Below, piece by piece: positions 1 through 8,762 of a stretch of 57,230 nucleotides of DNA (its first letter is position 1; each line of letters opens with the position of its first letter). The notes under the pieces were generated by a model. The model had not been told where the DNA came from, did no database searches, and was given only the letters and a program-made list of their open reading frames with translations. The translations under genes and the position numbers were made by a program. The stretch comes from Candidatus Nanohalarchaeota archaeon. GTDB lineage: Archaea; EX4484-52; B79-G9. The stretch covers positions 1 through 57,230 of the forward strand of contig DAOWAN010000002.1 of assembly GCA_030634545.1 (NCBI GenBank). Reading direction: 5' to 3'.

Positions 1-2
1 AG

Positions 3-194
3 TTTGAATTAATCCAATTAGATTCTGATGATTTAAGTTTTGATTTTGATATTGGAAGTAGTAAAGGATTCAAGATAAACAGGAAAGGGAAACAACCGCC
101 AGAAAAGATTAATAGAAATAAAATTAATCAAGCAAAGCAAAAACACAATCATCCTAATTACAAAGCAGGAAGCTTTGGACATAATAAATTTTAA
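3..194 (+). CDS. C-terminal end of an ORF that starts upstream of the window (partial)
   Basis: Frame 3 is open from the window edge for 63 codons (...KGFKINRKGKQPPEKINRNK...GHNKF). It stops at TAA 192-194, 3 nt before the next ATG. Third positions are A/T-rich. Confidence 0.4.
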   Translation, partial: FELIQLDSDDLSFDFDIGSSKGFKINRKGKQPPEKINRNKINQAKQKHNHPNYKAGSFGHNKF

Positions 195-197
195 AGA

Positions 198-263
198 ATG
201 GTTAAAAGATTTTATTTCCAGATTAAAAGAAACGTGCCAATGAGCAAAGCTGGTATGAAGTTA
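198..263 (+). repeat. direct repeat copy 1 (partner at 57165-57230)
   Basis: 65/66 identity beginning exactly at the ATG. The upstream sequences are unrelated. Confidence 0.9.
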
Positions 264-620
264 TGGAAACAGGACAAGCGTGTTTTCAAGACAGTTTTCA
301 AGCCTGAACCTATTGAAGAGATTTCTAAGAAACTTGGTGGCAAAGGTGTTGATGTCAGGAGAATCAATTCTAAGGAAAAGTTGATGCAGTACGTCTGGGA
401 TAAATGCAGTGAGGGTACTTATGACCTTTGTATTTATCTGCCTTCTAAAAGCAGTCAGGGACGTTCTCCGATGACATTTGTAAGAGTCACTTTAAAAGGT
501 ACAGATAAACATGGTTCAGAGTTCTTGGTCACGCAGTTTGACACCAAAGGAAAAAAGAACAAGTTCGGAATGCGTTTTGGCGTATTCAAAAGGATGGTAT
601 TCTGGGAAGATGATTTCTAA
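198..620 (+). CDS. hypothetical protein (140 aa); its first 66 nt are repeated at 57165-57230
   Basis: ATG-initiated ORF from the track. No motif recognised. A second copy of the 5' end lies at the window end and differs by one synonymous change. Confidence 0.7.
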   Translation: MVKRFYFQIKRNVPMSKAGMKLWKQDKRVFKTVFKPEPIEEISKKLGGKGVDVRRINSKEKLMQYVWDKCSEGTYDLCIYLPSKSSQGRSPMTFVRVTLKGTDKHGSEFLVTQFDTKGKKNKFGMRFGVFKRMVFWEDDF

Positions 621-673
621 ATCAATAGTATTTTATGTGCCTGAAAAAGGAAAAAAGAAAAGGGTAACTTTTC

Positions 674-1468
674 ATGGAAGAAGATAAAAGAATTATAACT
701 GGCTCTATCAGAGTCAGTTCTGATGAACAGAAAAAAAGAGGTCAGATGGTTGAGTATTATAAAGAAGACCTTATTAAAGCTGGTGTGCCTGAAAAAAATA
801 TCTTTGTTGAACTGGCACGTTCTGGAAGCATGAATGAAGATAAAGATATTGATTATAAATTGGAAGATGGTATTTTTTGGGTTGGTTTTAAGATAAGGAA
901 GAACAGACCTAAATTATGGGACTGGTTACAAAAAGTATCGGAAAACAAAATATCTTTGCATAAAACAACTAAATGGGACAGGTTGATAAGAGACATCCCT
1001 TTAGGCATCAGTTTGATTAGATTCTGTAAACAAAAGGGTACTGAAGTGACATCAACACAAGACACCAACGATGAACGAGTTATCCCTTATTTAATTGTCT
1101 TGGCTGAAGATGAAGCAAAAGCAACTAAAAAAAGGATTTGGAAAAGCAAAGAGTTTAAATTTGAAAAAGGTCTTTATATAGGAACTGAGAGAAAGCTTGG
1201 CTATAAAAAAACTAAAATAGAAATTGGTGATAGAAAATATCTTCACTTAGTTCCAAATAAAGAAGAAAATCTGATGATGAAAGATATTTTCTTTAATAAT
1301 AATTATAAAGAAGTATGCTCTAAACATAACATCACACCAAACACTTATTACAAAATCAGGAAAGACCGTTTCTATTGCGGATATATCAAGTACAAAGGTG
1401 TTGAGAAGAAAGGAATCCATGAACCACTTATTTCTGAAGAAGAATGGGATAAAATTCAACTAAGATAA
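674..1468 (+). CDS. serine recombinase (resolvase/invertase-type catalytic domain plus a recombinase-domain remnant), 264 aa
   Basis: N-terminal GSIRVSSDEQ matches the catalytic-serine motif YxRVSxxxQ. WDRLIRD matches the (L)DRLxR motif. C-terminal HEPLISEEEWDKIQ resembles the HEPIIxxxxFxxVQ motif of large serine recombinases. Confidence 0.8.
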   Translation: MEEDKRIITGSIRVSSDEQKKRGQMVEYYKEDLIKAGVPEKNIFVELARSGSMNEDKDIDYKLEDGIFWVGFKIRKNRPKLWDWLQKVSENKISLHKTTKWDRLIRDIPLGISLIRFCKQKGTEVTSTQDTNDERVIPYLIVLAEDEAKATKKRIWKSKEFKFEKGLYIGTERKLGYKKTKIEIGDRKYLHLVPNKEENLMMKDIFFNNNYKEVCSKHNITPNTYYKIRKDRFYCGYIKYKGVEKKGIHEPLISEEEWDKIQLR

Positions 1469-2751
1469 TCTTTATCTTTCTTAATAATTTGTTTATATTT
1501 CAGTTTGCCTTTGCCTTTGATGATGTGGTTCGGCGAATCTTCTTTCTTTCCGAAAAACAATACCTGCTGAAGCCCAGCGTATCCGCTTTTAGTGGTCTTC
1601 TTAGTTATCAGGTCTGCTTTTTCCAACTCATTAACTTTGATTAGGAATGTCTTGTATTTTATCTCTTTCCCAAGATTTCCACAATACTTCTTATAGATAG
1701 TATTCATCGGCTTGCCTGAGTATGTAGCAATCACCCCTAATAAGAAATTGTGCTTTTTCTTCAGCTTCTTTATGTCATGCTCAGTGTCATAGACCTTGTC
1801 AAAGTCAGTCCCTTTTTTTTCAGGTTCTTCATCATCCATGAAGATTGGCTTTATCTCTGGCTCTGGCTCTTTTCTTTTCTTTTTCAGCTTGTCGAGAAAG
1901 AATTCCTGCTCTTTTTCAGATTTTCTTTTTTCCTTTTCAGTTTTTTCTTCAACAATCTTCTCTTTAATTTCTTGAGCAATGAATGGTAATAGAGGTTTCC
2001 TGCTCTGTTCCTTGTACTTGTCCCAGACAGCTTTGTTGCCGACCATGTCTTTAGAATATTCTCCTATATCAAAATCTCTTCCGCTTTGCCAGAACAGAAC
2101 TGTGTAATTGTTGTCAATTTTATCCATGACCATCTTCCAAGCCTTCCTTAATTTGATGCCTTTGACAGTGACATAATAAAGGATTGCTTCAAACTTGTCA
2201 GCAGGAATGTATTCTTTTTTTCTCTCTTTCTTAACTTCTTTCTTTTTTTTATTTATATCATAATGTGTTGCAAGCTCTTTTTTTGTCATTTCATACGATT
2301 TCTTGATTGGTAATTTTACTTCGGGCTTTTCCTTATTTTCCTCAATTTTCTTGATAATTTTATAGAATATAGGGTTGATGTTATTCTCTTTACACCATGC
2401 TTTCCAGAGCCTTGAATTAGAACCGCCCCAGACCTTGCCCGTAATTTCAGTATATGCTTCTCCAGGAGTGCTTTTCGGGTTCTTCAGAAGATAATCATAG
2501 ACTTTCTTGAACCTTGAGTTCCACAATACTTTTGAAGCTGTCTGCTTTAGAATTTCTTTTTGTTCAGGTTTTTTGACAGTTTGTTCAACTTTAACAGGCT
2601 TTTGTTCAGGTTTTGCTGGTTCTTGTTCAAAAAAGCTCTCAGCAAACTTTGTCAGCTTTTTGAGAACCTTGAGATTTTTCCTTTCCTTCAGCTTAATCTT
2701 TATATGGATGTCTTCACCGTCTCTGTATTCTAAATCTAATTGCTTTGTCAT
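1456..2751 (-). CDS. hypothetical Lys/Glu-rich protein (431 aa), possibly DNA-binding
   Basis: Long ATG ORF that converges on the recombinase gene and overlaps it by 13 nt. Charged low-complexity linkers separate helical, HTH-like segments. No catalytic motif seen. Confidence 0.7.
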   Translation of the reverse strand: MTKQLDLEYRDGEDIHIKIKLKERKNLKVLKKLTKFAESFFEQEPAKPEQKPVKVEQTVKKPEQKEILKQTASKVLWNSRFKKVYDYLLKNPKSTPGEAYTEITGKVWGGSNSRLWKAWCKENNINPIFYKIIKKIEENKEKPEVKLPIKKSYEMTKKELATHYDINKKKKEVKKERKKEYIPADKFEAILYYVTVKGIKLRKAWKMVMDKIDNNYTVLFWQSGRDFDIGEYSKDMVGNKAVWDKYKEQSRKPLLPFIAQEIKEKIVEEKTEKEKRKSEKEQEFFLDKLKKKRKEPEPEIKPIFMDDEEPEKKGTDFDKVYDTEHDIKKLKKKHNFLLGVIATYSGKPMNTIYKKYCGNLGKEIKYKTFLIKVNELEKADLITKKTTKSGYAGLQQVLFFGKKEDSPNHIIKGKGKLKYKQIIKKDKDYLS

Positions 2752-3311
2752 TTCGGCTGATGTTCAATCTCTTTTTTTGTTGCAAAATCTTTTAAGTCTT
2801 CAATCATGTGTTTTGTCATTTCCAGCATAGTTGCCCCTGCCAGACTTATTGTTTCCTTTATCTTTATTGCCATATCTCTGTCTCCCCCACGCATTATATC
2901 AATTATATCTTCTTCTGCTTTACGCTTGACAACTATATATCCATAACCTTTTTTCTTTAAGCAGTCTGGCAACAAATTTATATCATTAGGGTAAATGAAA
3001 TGAAATGTCCTATAAAGTGAGAATTCTCCTTTACCAAAAGTGTCTAGAAACCCTTCAGATGCAAATAATTCATTATTCCTTGTCTTTGTGTTAAGCTCTT
3101 GAATCTGCACTTCTGCTGGCTTTGTCTGGTCATTATCTCTTGGGTACGCAGAGAATATCGTCCTCTTGTATTTAAGCTCATCCTTTATATCATCTGCATT
3201 GCAGACAAACAACTTATTTTTCAGTGTGTTCTTAAAATAAATAATAATGTCTGGGTTCACGCCCAAATCATTCTCTACTTTTTGTGCTGGTTTGAACATA
3301 TTAAATTCCAT
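2748..3311 (-). CDS. hypothetical protein (187 aa)
   Basis: ATG ORF with a 4-nt overlap onto the downstream gene, which suggests translational coupling. Confidence 0.7.
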   Translation of the reverse strand: MEFNMFKPAQKVENDLGVNPDIIIYFKNTLKNKLFVCNADDIKDELKYKRTIFSAYPRDNDQTKPAEVQIQELNTKTRNNELFASEGFLDTFGKGEFSLYRTFHFIYPNDINLLPDCLKKKGYGYIVVKRKAEEDIIDIMRGGDRDMAIKIKETISLAGATMLEMTKHMIEDLKDFATKKEIEHQPK

Positions 3312-3313
3312 TG

Positions 3314-3520
3314 TTAGTTCACCTTTAATTCTTCTTTGATTTTCTTTTTCTTGCCGACTTTATGTCTTCCAAGATATTCATATCTCCTGATTTTCGGCTC
3401 TCCTTTATCATGACCTTCTTTCTTGTCGAGCCATCTCAAGACATGCCTTTTCTTTACTAAATCCATAGCTTCCTGTGGAGTCAGCTTGTAAATCTCACCT
3501 TGCTTGAATTCTTTAGCCAT
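3314..3520 (-). CDS. hypothetical basic protein (68 aa)
   Basis: ATG ORF (MAKEFKQGEIYK...), tightly packed between its neighbours. Confidence 0.6.
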   Translation of the reverse strand: MAKEFKQGEIYKLTPQEAMDLVKKRHVLRWLDKKEGHDKGEPKIRRYEYLGRHKVGKKKKIKEELKVN

Positions 3521-3674
3521 TTTTTAATTCATTAAATTTTTTCAATAAAATCTCAAGTTTTGCCAATTCTCTATGACTTAAATATACACTTGCTTTGTTC
3601 TCTTTGAAAAATATCTCACAATCTCCATTTTCATGCAAGTATATGTAACTTCCCTGTTCAATTATTTGAGTCAT
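3513..3674 (-). CDS. hypothetical mini-protein (53 aa; not in the ORF track)
   Basis: Hand-translated as MTQIIEQGSYIYLHENGDCEIFFKENKASVYLSHRELAKLEILLKKFNELKNG. Its ATG overlaps the upstream stop (ATGA) and its stop overlaps the next start. Confidence 0.45.
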   Translation of the reverse strand: MTQIIEQGSYIYLHENGDCEIFFKENKASVYLSHRELAKLEILLKKFNELKNG

Positions 3675-4021
3675 TTTCTTATATATTTGATTTTTTTATT
3701 TGGAACATTGTAAATGCCTTGTCTTCCTATCACATTGAACTTCTTGATTCTTCTGGGGTTCTTTAACACCCATGAATACCTGTTTGGAAAATAACTGCAT
3801 AACGCCCCAGCCATATCTTCAGGCTTCATTTTTCTTATATGAACCAAGTCAACAACGCACAATGCCAATCCTGAATTGTCTGTCTTTGGATGTTTTGAAG
3901 CAACTATCAATAATTTGCCCCTGTACTTAGTCTTCCATGTCCTTGTCTCTATGTCCTTCAAACCCTGCATTATCCATGTTGCATACGGCTCTTTGATTGA
4001 TATACTTTTAATTTTTAACAC
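3671..4021 (-). CDS. ASCH (PUA-like) domain protein
   Basis: ISIKEPYATWIMQGLKDIETRTWKTKYRGKLLIVASKH matches the ASCH N-terminal pattern (sI.qPwa..I..G.K.iE.R.w...yrG.llIha). The only start ahead of the domain is GTG at 4021. Confidence 0.7.
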   Translation of the reverse strand: MLKIKSISIKEPYATWIMQGLKDIETRTWKTKYRGKLLIVASKHPKTDNSGLALCVVDLVHIRKMKPEDMAGALCSYFPNRYSWVLKNPRRIKKFNVIGRQGIYNVPNKKIKYIRK

Positions 4022-4191
4022 CTGTCATAAGCTTTTCTATTAGATTTTGCTTTCCGCATACTCATTGTTGTCGGTTTTCCTTTGTTGATATTATGTTTTT
4101 TTTCAGTTGTTTTTTTTTCAATGTAATAAGGTACTTTTAATGACCCATCTTCATTAAATTCTATGTTGTGATTTACTTTTTCTTTAGTCAT
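4015..4191 (-). CDS. hypothetical mini-protein (58 aa; not in the ORF track)
   Basis: Hand-translated as MTKEKVNHNIEFNEDGSLKVPYYIEKKTTEKKHNINKGKPTTMSMRKAKSNRKAYDRC. It fills an otherwise empty gap. Confidence 0.4.
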   Translation of the reverse strand: MTKEKVNHNIEFNEDGSLKVPYYIEKKTTEKKHNINKGKPTTMSMRKAKSNRKAYDRC

Positions 4192-4243
4192 TTTGCACAG
4201 TCAAAGCAGATGCCGACACCTTCTATCTGGGGTCTGATGTCAT

Positions 4244-4477
4244 TTACTTGTCTCTTACATTTGGCACACTTGAATTTTTTTCCTTTTTTTGCCATTTTTC
4301 TTTTAAAACCTTGTTTATTATCGGTGCAATCTTTTTCATAGATTTCCTGCTTATCTCTTTCTGCACCTTGCAGTTTTTGTTATGCTTCCTGAAATTCTCC
4401 CTCTTCTGCTGTCTTCTTGAAAACTCTGAGCCTTGTCCAGCCTTGACAAATTCACCGCAGTACTTACATCTAGGCAT
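4244..4477 (-). CDS. basic Zn-ribbon-like protein (77 aa)
   Basis: MPRCKYCGEF... is preceded by GGAGATAAG-ATG. The track ORF extends to a TTG at 4561, which I consider less likely. Confidence 0.55.
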   Translation of the reverse strand: MPRCKYCGEFVKAGQGSEFSRRQQKRENFRKHNKNCKVQKEISRKSMKKIAPIINKVLKEKWQKKEKNSSVPNVRDK

Positions 4478-4596
4478 CTTATCTCCATGATTTTCTGTGT
4501 GTGCAGTGCGGACAACTACCGCCTTGACCATAGATGCAGTTATGCTTCTCACAATATTCAAGATTGTCTCTTGCTTTTGGCTCTAATAATCCCATT

Positions 4597-5214
4597 TTAT
4601 TCTCTAATCCTTTCTTCGTCAGGCTTCACAACAGGTTTTGGTATTCTTGGCAGTTTGTACGATGTCTCAGTCCTGCCGTCTGGGTGCTGTGTGATTATAG
4701 GGAACATCTCCCTTGTTGATTCTGATGCGTTCTTCAGGTTCTCAACAACAGTCTTGCCTGTCGGCTTTGCCATGAACTTCTTCAAATTGATGATGCCTGT
4801 CTTCCTGTTCACAAAATGCAGAAACCAGTACGGCAGTTCAGTCTCCCTGAACATCCTTATGAAAAAATATGTCGGTGACTTGTCAGGGTCTTCTGGCTGG
4901 ATGTTATGCTCTAACAGACCTTCATGCTCTTCCATACGCAGACCTTCATCCTCTAAATGCAGATTTAATATGTTTTTGGCTTGCTTGTCGTCCAATAACA
5001 TTATCTTTTCTGGCTTCTCAATAATCTCCTTGTATTCCTTGACTTCCTGTCTTTTTGACATCAAAGACCATAGCAATACAACAATGACCCACAGACTGAC
5101 AAATATCCCGATAGTTATGTAAGAAGCATCGAATGTCCATAATATAAAAATCAATGCTATCAATGATAAAGCTAGTATTAAGTTTACAATCCTGTTGTCT
5201 TTCTTCTCTGGCAT
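4597..5214 (-). CDS. membrane protein (205 aa, two N-terminal TM helices)
   Basis: The N-terminus IVNLILALSLIALIFILWTF...ITIGIFVSLWVIVVLLWSLM is followed by a soluble domain. Confidence 0.7.
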   Translation of the reverse strand: MPEKKDNRIVNLILALSLIALIFILWTFDASYITIGIFVSLWVIVVLLWSLMSKRQEVKEYKEIIEKPEKIMLLDDKQAKNILNLHLEDEGLRMEEHEGLLEHNIQPEDPDKSPTYFFIRMFRETELPYWFLHFVNRKTGIINLKKFMAKPTGKTVVENLKNASESTREMFPIITQHPDGRTETSYKLPRIPKPVVKPDEERIRE

Positions 5215-5222
5215 TCTTTTAA

Positions 5223-5477
5223 TTATACTGGACTTCTACTCACACAAAAATCTTGACCATCTAATTTATATCTTATTTCTTCACCTTGTTTTTTGTGAAT
5301 TAATTCAACTAATACCCATGCAGGTATTTCAACTTCAACTGGTGTTTCTTTTACAAGTTCTTCTACGTTTATGCCAAATTCAGTAACATCAAAATCATCT
5401 GACACTGTTGAATGTTGTGTGCTTTGTAATTTTCCATCCACATTTATATCAATTTTTAGTTCCTTCAATTTTATCAC
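5223..5477 (-). CDS. hypothetical acidic protein (about 81-84 aa; start uncertain)
   Basis: The track start is a GTG lying inside an AAGGTGA SD motif. A TTG 5 nt after that SD (5468) is the more likely start. Confidence 0.55.
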   Translation of the reverse strand: MIKLKELKIDINVDGKLQSTQHSTVSDDFDVTEFGINVEELVKETPVEVEIPAWVLVELIHKKQGEEIRYKLDGQDFCVSRSPV

Positions 5478-5483
5478 CTTTCT

Positions 5484-6977
5484 TCAAATCCTAGAAGATT
5501 CTTCGAGTGCAGATTCCTGCTCTGCCGTGTTCCTCTTATTCTTCACAAAAAATGCAACTAAAATTATTACCAACAGACCTAAACCAATACCGCCCAGATT
5601 CCAGTCTCTTCTAACAGATGTGACAAACCAATGCGTCTCATCTTGCTTATCTAAGTTCTGGTTGACCTTGTCAGTCAGGTTGCCTAGTTGACCGCCGAAC
5701 AGACCTAACGTATCTTTTATTAATTTTTCCATGTTCTCAACCTTTGTCTTTAAAGTTGCGATTGCATCCTGTTCATCTTCATCTGCATCTGTCAGGTCAT
5801 CAAGCTCTGCTTCTGTATAGTTCTTTGTATAGATTTTGTCCCTGTACTGGATTACAGTCTGGTTCTTCTCCTCAACATGGCAGAAAGGGTCATCCCAATC
5901 CCTGTCTTCACAGTATTCAGCCTGCTCTTCAGGTGTCATCAGTCTGACAAAAATCTGTGGCTTGTCATCATCTGGCTGTGAAAAGTTACGGGAGTTGATA
6001 TGTATCGTGAAAGTCTTTTCCATGTCATCAAGATTGTCTGCTGTGAACTTGATAACTTTTTCATAATCCATGCCCGTCTGGTTAGTTCTTGTGATGTCTT
6101 GCGGATTTACAGTGAACACGACTATCTTTTCAGAAACCAAATCAAAGTTGTTCTCAGAAAAAGTTGTCCATGAATCTGATTCCATCTTCAGATTATAAAT
6201 AGTCTCATTCGGTCTTAGTATCAGCACGCCAGAACTCTTGTCATTGTAATTGATAGGGGAGAACGGCGGTGTCAACACTATCTCTAAATTTGTGGGGAGA
6301 TGCCTTGACTCAACAGAGAAAGTGTATGGGATATAATAGCTCGGGTTGACAGTCGGCTGTAAATACTTATTGTCCTTGACCTCAACCTCAAATCCTATCA
6401 GCGTCTCTTCATCAACAAAAGAATAGTTCTTCAGTTCATCTATCAAAAAAGTGTGGGTCATGTTGACATCCACATCAAACTCTTCTAAATTATCAATGTC
6501 TGTTATGGTGTGGTTTATTGTATCATTATTATAGAATAAAAGCGTGTCATTCAGGAAAGCATCCAATTCAATAGGAAGGAATCCTGTGCCTGTTATTGTT
6601 ATTGTTCGGTTGGCTGGAATCTTAGTCTCATTTGTCAGGTAAAAGAATTTGAGCCTTGTGAGATAGTCCTGTTCAAGAGTCTCATTGGTCTTGACGGAGA
6701 AATCAAGTGTCTTGGTCTCATTCAGAGAAAGATTATTGATAACACCAAACTTAAAATGCTCAACTGGTTCAAACGTGACATTATATATTGTGAAATTGTG
6801 CGGAGTTACATTCTGCTGGTAATAGACTGTCAATGAGTAGTTCTGCCTTATGTCTTCAATGACATCTATGTTGAATGTGTCTGGGTTGAGTTCCAGCCCG
6901 AATACCCCTGTGGCACTTAACGTAAATATTACAATTAAAATCATGATGAACTTGTGAAATTTGTCCCAGAATGCCAT
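5484..6977 (-). CDS. type-I-like membrane glycoprotein candidate (497 aa)
   Basis: N-terminal hydrophobic signal (FIMILIVIFTLSATGVFG). C-terminal TM (GGIGLGLLVIILVAFFV) followed by KNKR. I count about 20 N-x-S/T sequons. A TATA box lies 27 nt upstream. Confidence 0.8.
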   Translation of the reverse strand: MAFWDKFHKFIMILIVIFTLSATGVFGLELNPDTFNIDVIEDIRQNYSLTVYYQQNVTPHNFTIYNVTFEPVEHFKFGVINNLSLNETKTLDFSVKTNETLEQDYLTRLKFFYLTNETKIPANRTITITGTGFLPIELDAFLNDTLLFYNNDTINHTITDIDNLEEFDVDVNMTHTFLIDELKNYSFVDEETLIGFEVEVKDNKYLQPTVNPSYYIPYTFSVESRHLPTNLEIVLTPPFSPINYNDKSSGVLILRPNETIYNLKMESDSWTTFSENNFDLVSEKIVVFTVNPQDITRTNQTGMDYEKVIKFTADNLDDMEKTFTIHINSRNFSQPDDDKPQIFVRLMTPEEQAEYCEDRDWDDPFCHVEEKNQTVIQYRDKIYTKNYTEAELDDLTDADEDEQDAIATLKTKVENMEKLIKDTLGLFGGQLGNLTDKVNQNLDKQDETHWFVTSVRRDWNLGGIGLGLLVIILVAFFVKNKRNTAEQESALEESSRI

Positions 6978-7004
6978 TTCTAATTAAAATTAATTGCAGA
7001 AGTA

Positions 7005-7020
7005 GTTTATATATTTTCTT
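7005..7020 (-). promoter_or_regulatory. archaeal TATA-box/BRE-like promoter for the 5484-6977 gene run
   Basis: The coding strand reads AAGAAAATATATAAAC. Its 3' end is 27 nt from the ATG at 6977, with no SD in between (leaderless-type). Confidence 0.6.
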
Positions 7021-7453
7021 TATTTAAAGGGGCAGTTGGTCAGGTGTAATGAATGCAGATTGCCTTCATTAGAATTCTTGTGTTTTTACTTCTACTGTAA
7101 TGGAGTGATTAACATGGAAAAGAAAAACAAAGAGTCAAACTTACTCGAAGGCAACGAACATCAACTAAAGTTGCCAGTAGCCGTTACCTGACCTATGCCT
7201 AACCGTGAAGAAAACTCAGGGTTTCTCCATGATAGTAAGTTTCACAGGCAGAAAATATGGAAGCTATACATCAACACGATTTACCGTTATAATATATTTC
7301 TTTTTTTCCTGCCTACTCTTCTTTTAATCAACAGATTATTTTTTCTGCTCTGATGACAATGATTTATTTCTCATATTCTTGAAATAGTGATGATAAGCGT
7401 ATATGACAAAGATAATCAAAAGCATATAAATAATTTTCGATACTTTAATAAAG

Positions 7454-7660
7454 CTATCCCATGCCCTGCTTAGGTTCATTCTCAATCTTTTCTCCCTTGC
7501 ATAAAATCTTGTCAATCCTGCCGTAAAAACCTTTCTTTCCGAAAAAGTTCGGACAGCCTTTGCATTCCTCTGCTTTTATCTTCTTCATAGGACATTTGTT
7601 TCTTGGATTCAAATTTCCTTTCTCAGATACTCTGAAGATTATTGACTTTACTTCTGTCAT
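7454..7660 (-). CDS. Cys-rich small protein (68 aa)
   Basis: ATG ORF with CPMKKIKAEECKGCP...ILC, overlapping the upstream gene by 4 nt. Confidence 0.55.
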   Translation of the reverse strand: MTEVKSIIFRVSEKGNLNPRNKCPMKKIKAEECKGCPNFFGKKGFYGRIDKILCKGEKIENEPKQGMG

Positions 7661-8016
7661 GCCACTACTTCGTGATTGTAGCCCCAGTACTTGTTCTTCC
7701 AGTGGCAGTTATCTTTTATTGTGGCTGTTGACAATACAATCTTTTTCTCTTTCCTCAGCTTGTTCAGAGCATACCTGACAACCTGTTTCGGCAAGTTCAA
7801 GTTATTCTCTATCAAAGAGTCTTTGCTGAAGACGTTCTTCTCCCTCAGATAATCTAATATTATCACCTGCGGTCTGTACTTTCCCTGCCAGAACATCATC
7901 TCGTCTTTTTTCAATGACTCGTTATGATGCTTCTTCTTGTAGCTTGTCCTGTGATGCTGTGACAAGTTATGTTCTGTCTTCAGTCCTCTATGCTTGTGCT
8001 TTTCCAATTTATTCAC
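7657..8016 (-). CDS. winged-helix DNA-binding protein candidate (about 116-119 aa)
   Basis: VIILDYLREKNVFSKDSLIENNLNLPKQVVRYALNKLRKEKKIV has a wHTH-like pattern. The track start (GTG) lies inside an AGGTGA SD, so a TTG 5 nt downstream is likelier. Confidence 0.6.
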   Translation of the reverse strand: MNKLEKHKHRGLKTEHNLSQHHRTSYKKKHHNESLKKDEMMFWQGKYRPQVIILDYLREKNVFSKDSLIENNLNLPKQVVRYALNKLRKEKKIVLSTATIKDNCHWKNKYWGYNHEVVA

Positions 8017-8180
8017 CTTTTATATTCTTATTACTTTTATTTTTCCTTTTTTCACACCCTTACCTTGTTCATAATTACAGCCAAAACATTTATGTTTTCC
8101 TCTTTCTTTTCCTTTTTGAATCAAGACCAATTCATGACCGCAATCTTCTTCTGGACAGTTCATTTTCTCTAAACACGGGC

Positions 8181-8480
8181 TTATTTATGCTCTTTTGTTT
8201 TCAAACATTTTTCACATTTGAATATATGGTCGAAAAACTTTCTTAATTGTTTACTTGTTTTTTCTGGACAAGTTAATATATAATATCCTTTTGTAGGACT
8301 AAATGTACTTAAAAAATAGTTTGGTATAACTAAATCAAATACATCATTAAATATACTATTTTGGCTTATTCCCCAATAAAACTTCTTTGATTTTTTACAC
8401 ATCTTTTTTACAACATGAAGATGACTTTCAATTCTTCTTTTAAAATCATCAACATTCATAACTGGCATTTCATATTTCAT
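8181..8480 (-). CDS. hypothetical protein (99 aa)
   Basis: ATG ORF. No motif recognised apart from a C-terminal CxxC (CEKC). Confidence 0.55.
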   Translation of the reverse strand: MKYEMPVMNVDDFKRRIESHLHVVKKMCKKSKKFYWGISQNSIFNDVFDLVIPNYFLSTFSPTKGYYILTCPEKTSKQLRKFFDHIFKCEKCLKTKEHK

Positions 8481-8762
8481 TTGTTCTCAACTCCTTATTA
8501 ACGAGCTTATTTATGCTCATTATTTTATAATCCAAATTGTTTTAACTTTGTAAGTAATTCTTTACAAAATTTACAATGACCTACTCCACGTTCTTCCATA
8601 ATCTGAATTATATGCCATCTTTCTGTTTTATTTAGTTTCATCTAAATCAGCTCCTTTGTCTTCACCAAAAATTTATTTCTTTTAAAATAATATAAATAAT
8701 CATTATCCACATAATTGAAGCTAAAATAAACCCCTGTGTAAAATCTATCCAATCTCGTTCCA

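Noticed and set aside
635-644. Shared 10-mer tatgtgcctg at 635 and 24911 as a possible recombination site
   Set aside because: In 57 kb, chance identical 10-mers are expected in large numbers, and there is no extended similarity around them.
4433-5122. 229-aa plus-strand ORF
   Set aside because: It is antisense to two well-supported minus-strand genes. It has Ser/Cys/Leu/Phe-rich shadow-frame composition and no promoter or SD.
7020-7260. tRNA or tRNA-like attachment site in the GC-richer intergenic core
   Set aside because: There is no GTTCRANYC T-loop, no D-loop consensus and no 7-bp acceptor pairing on either strand.
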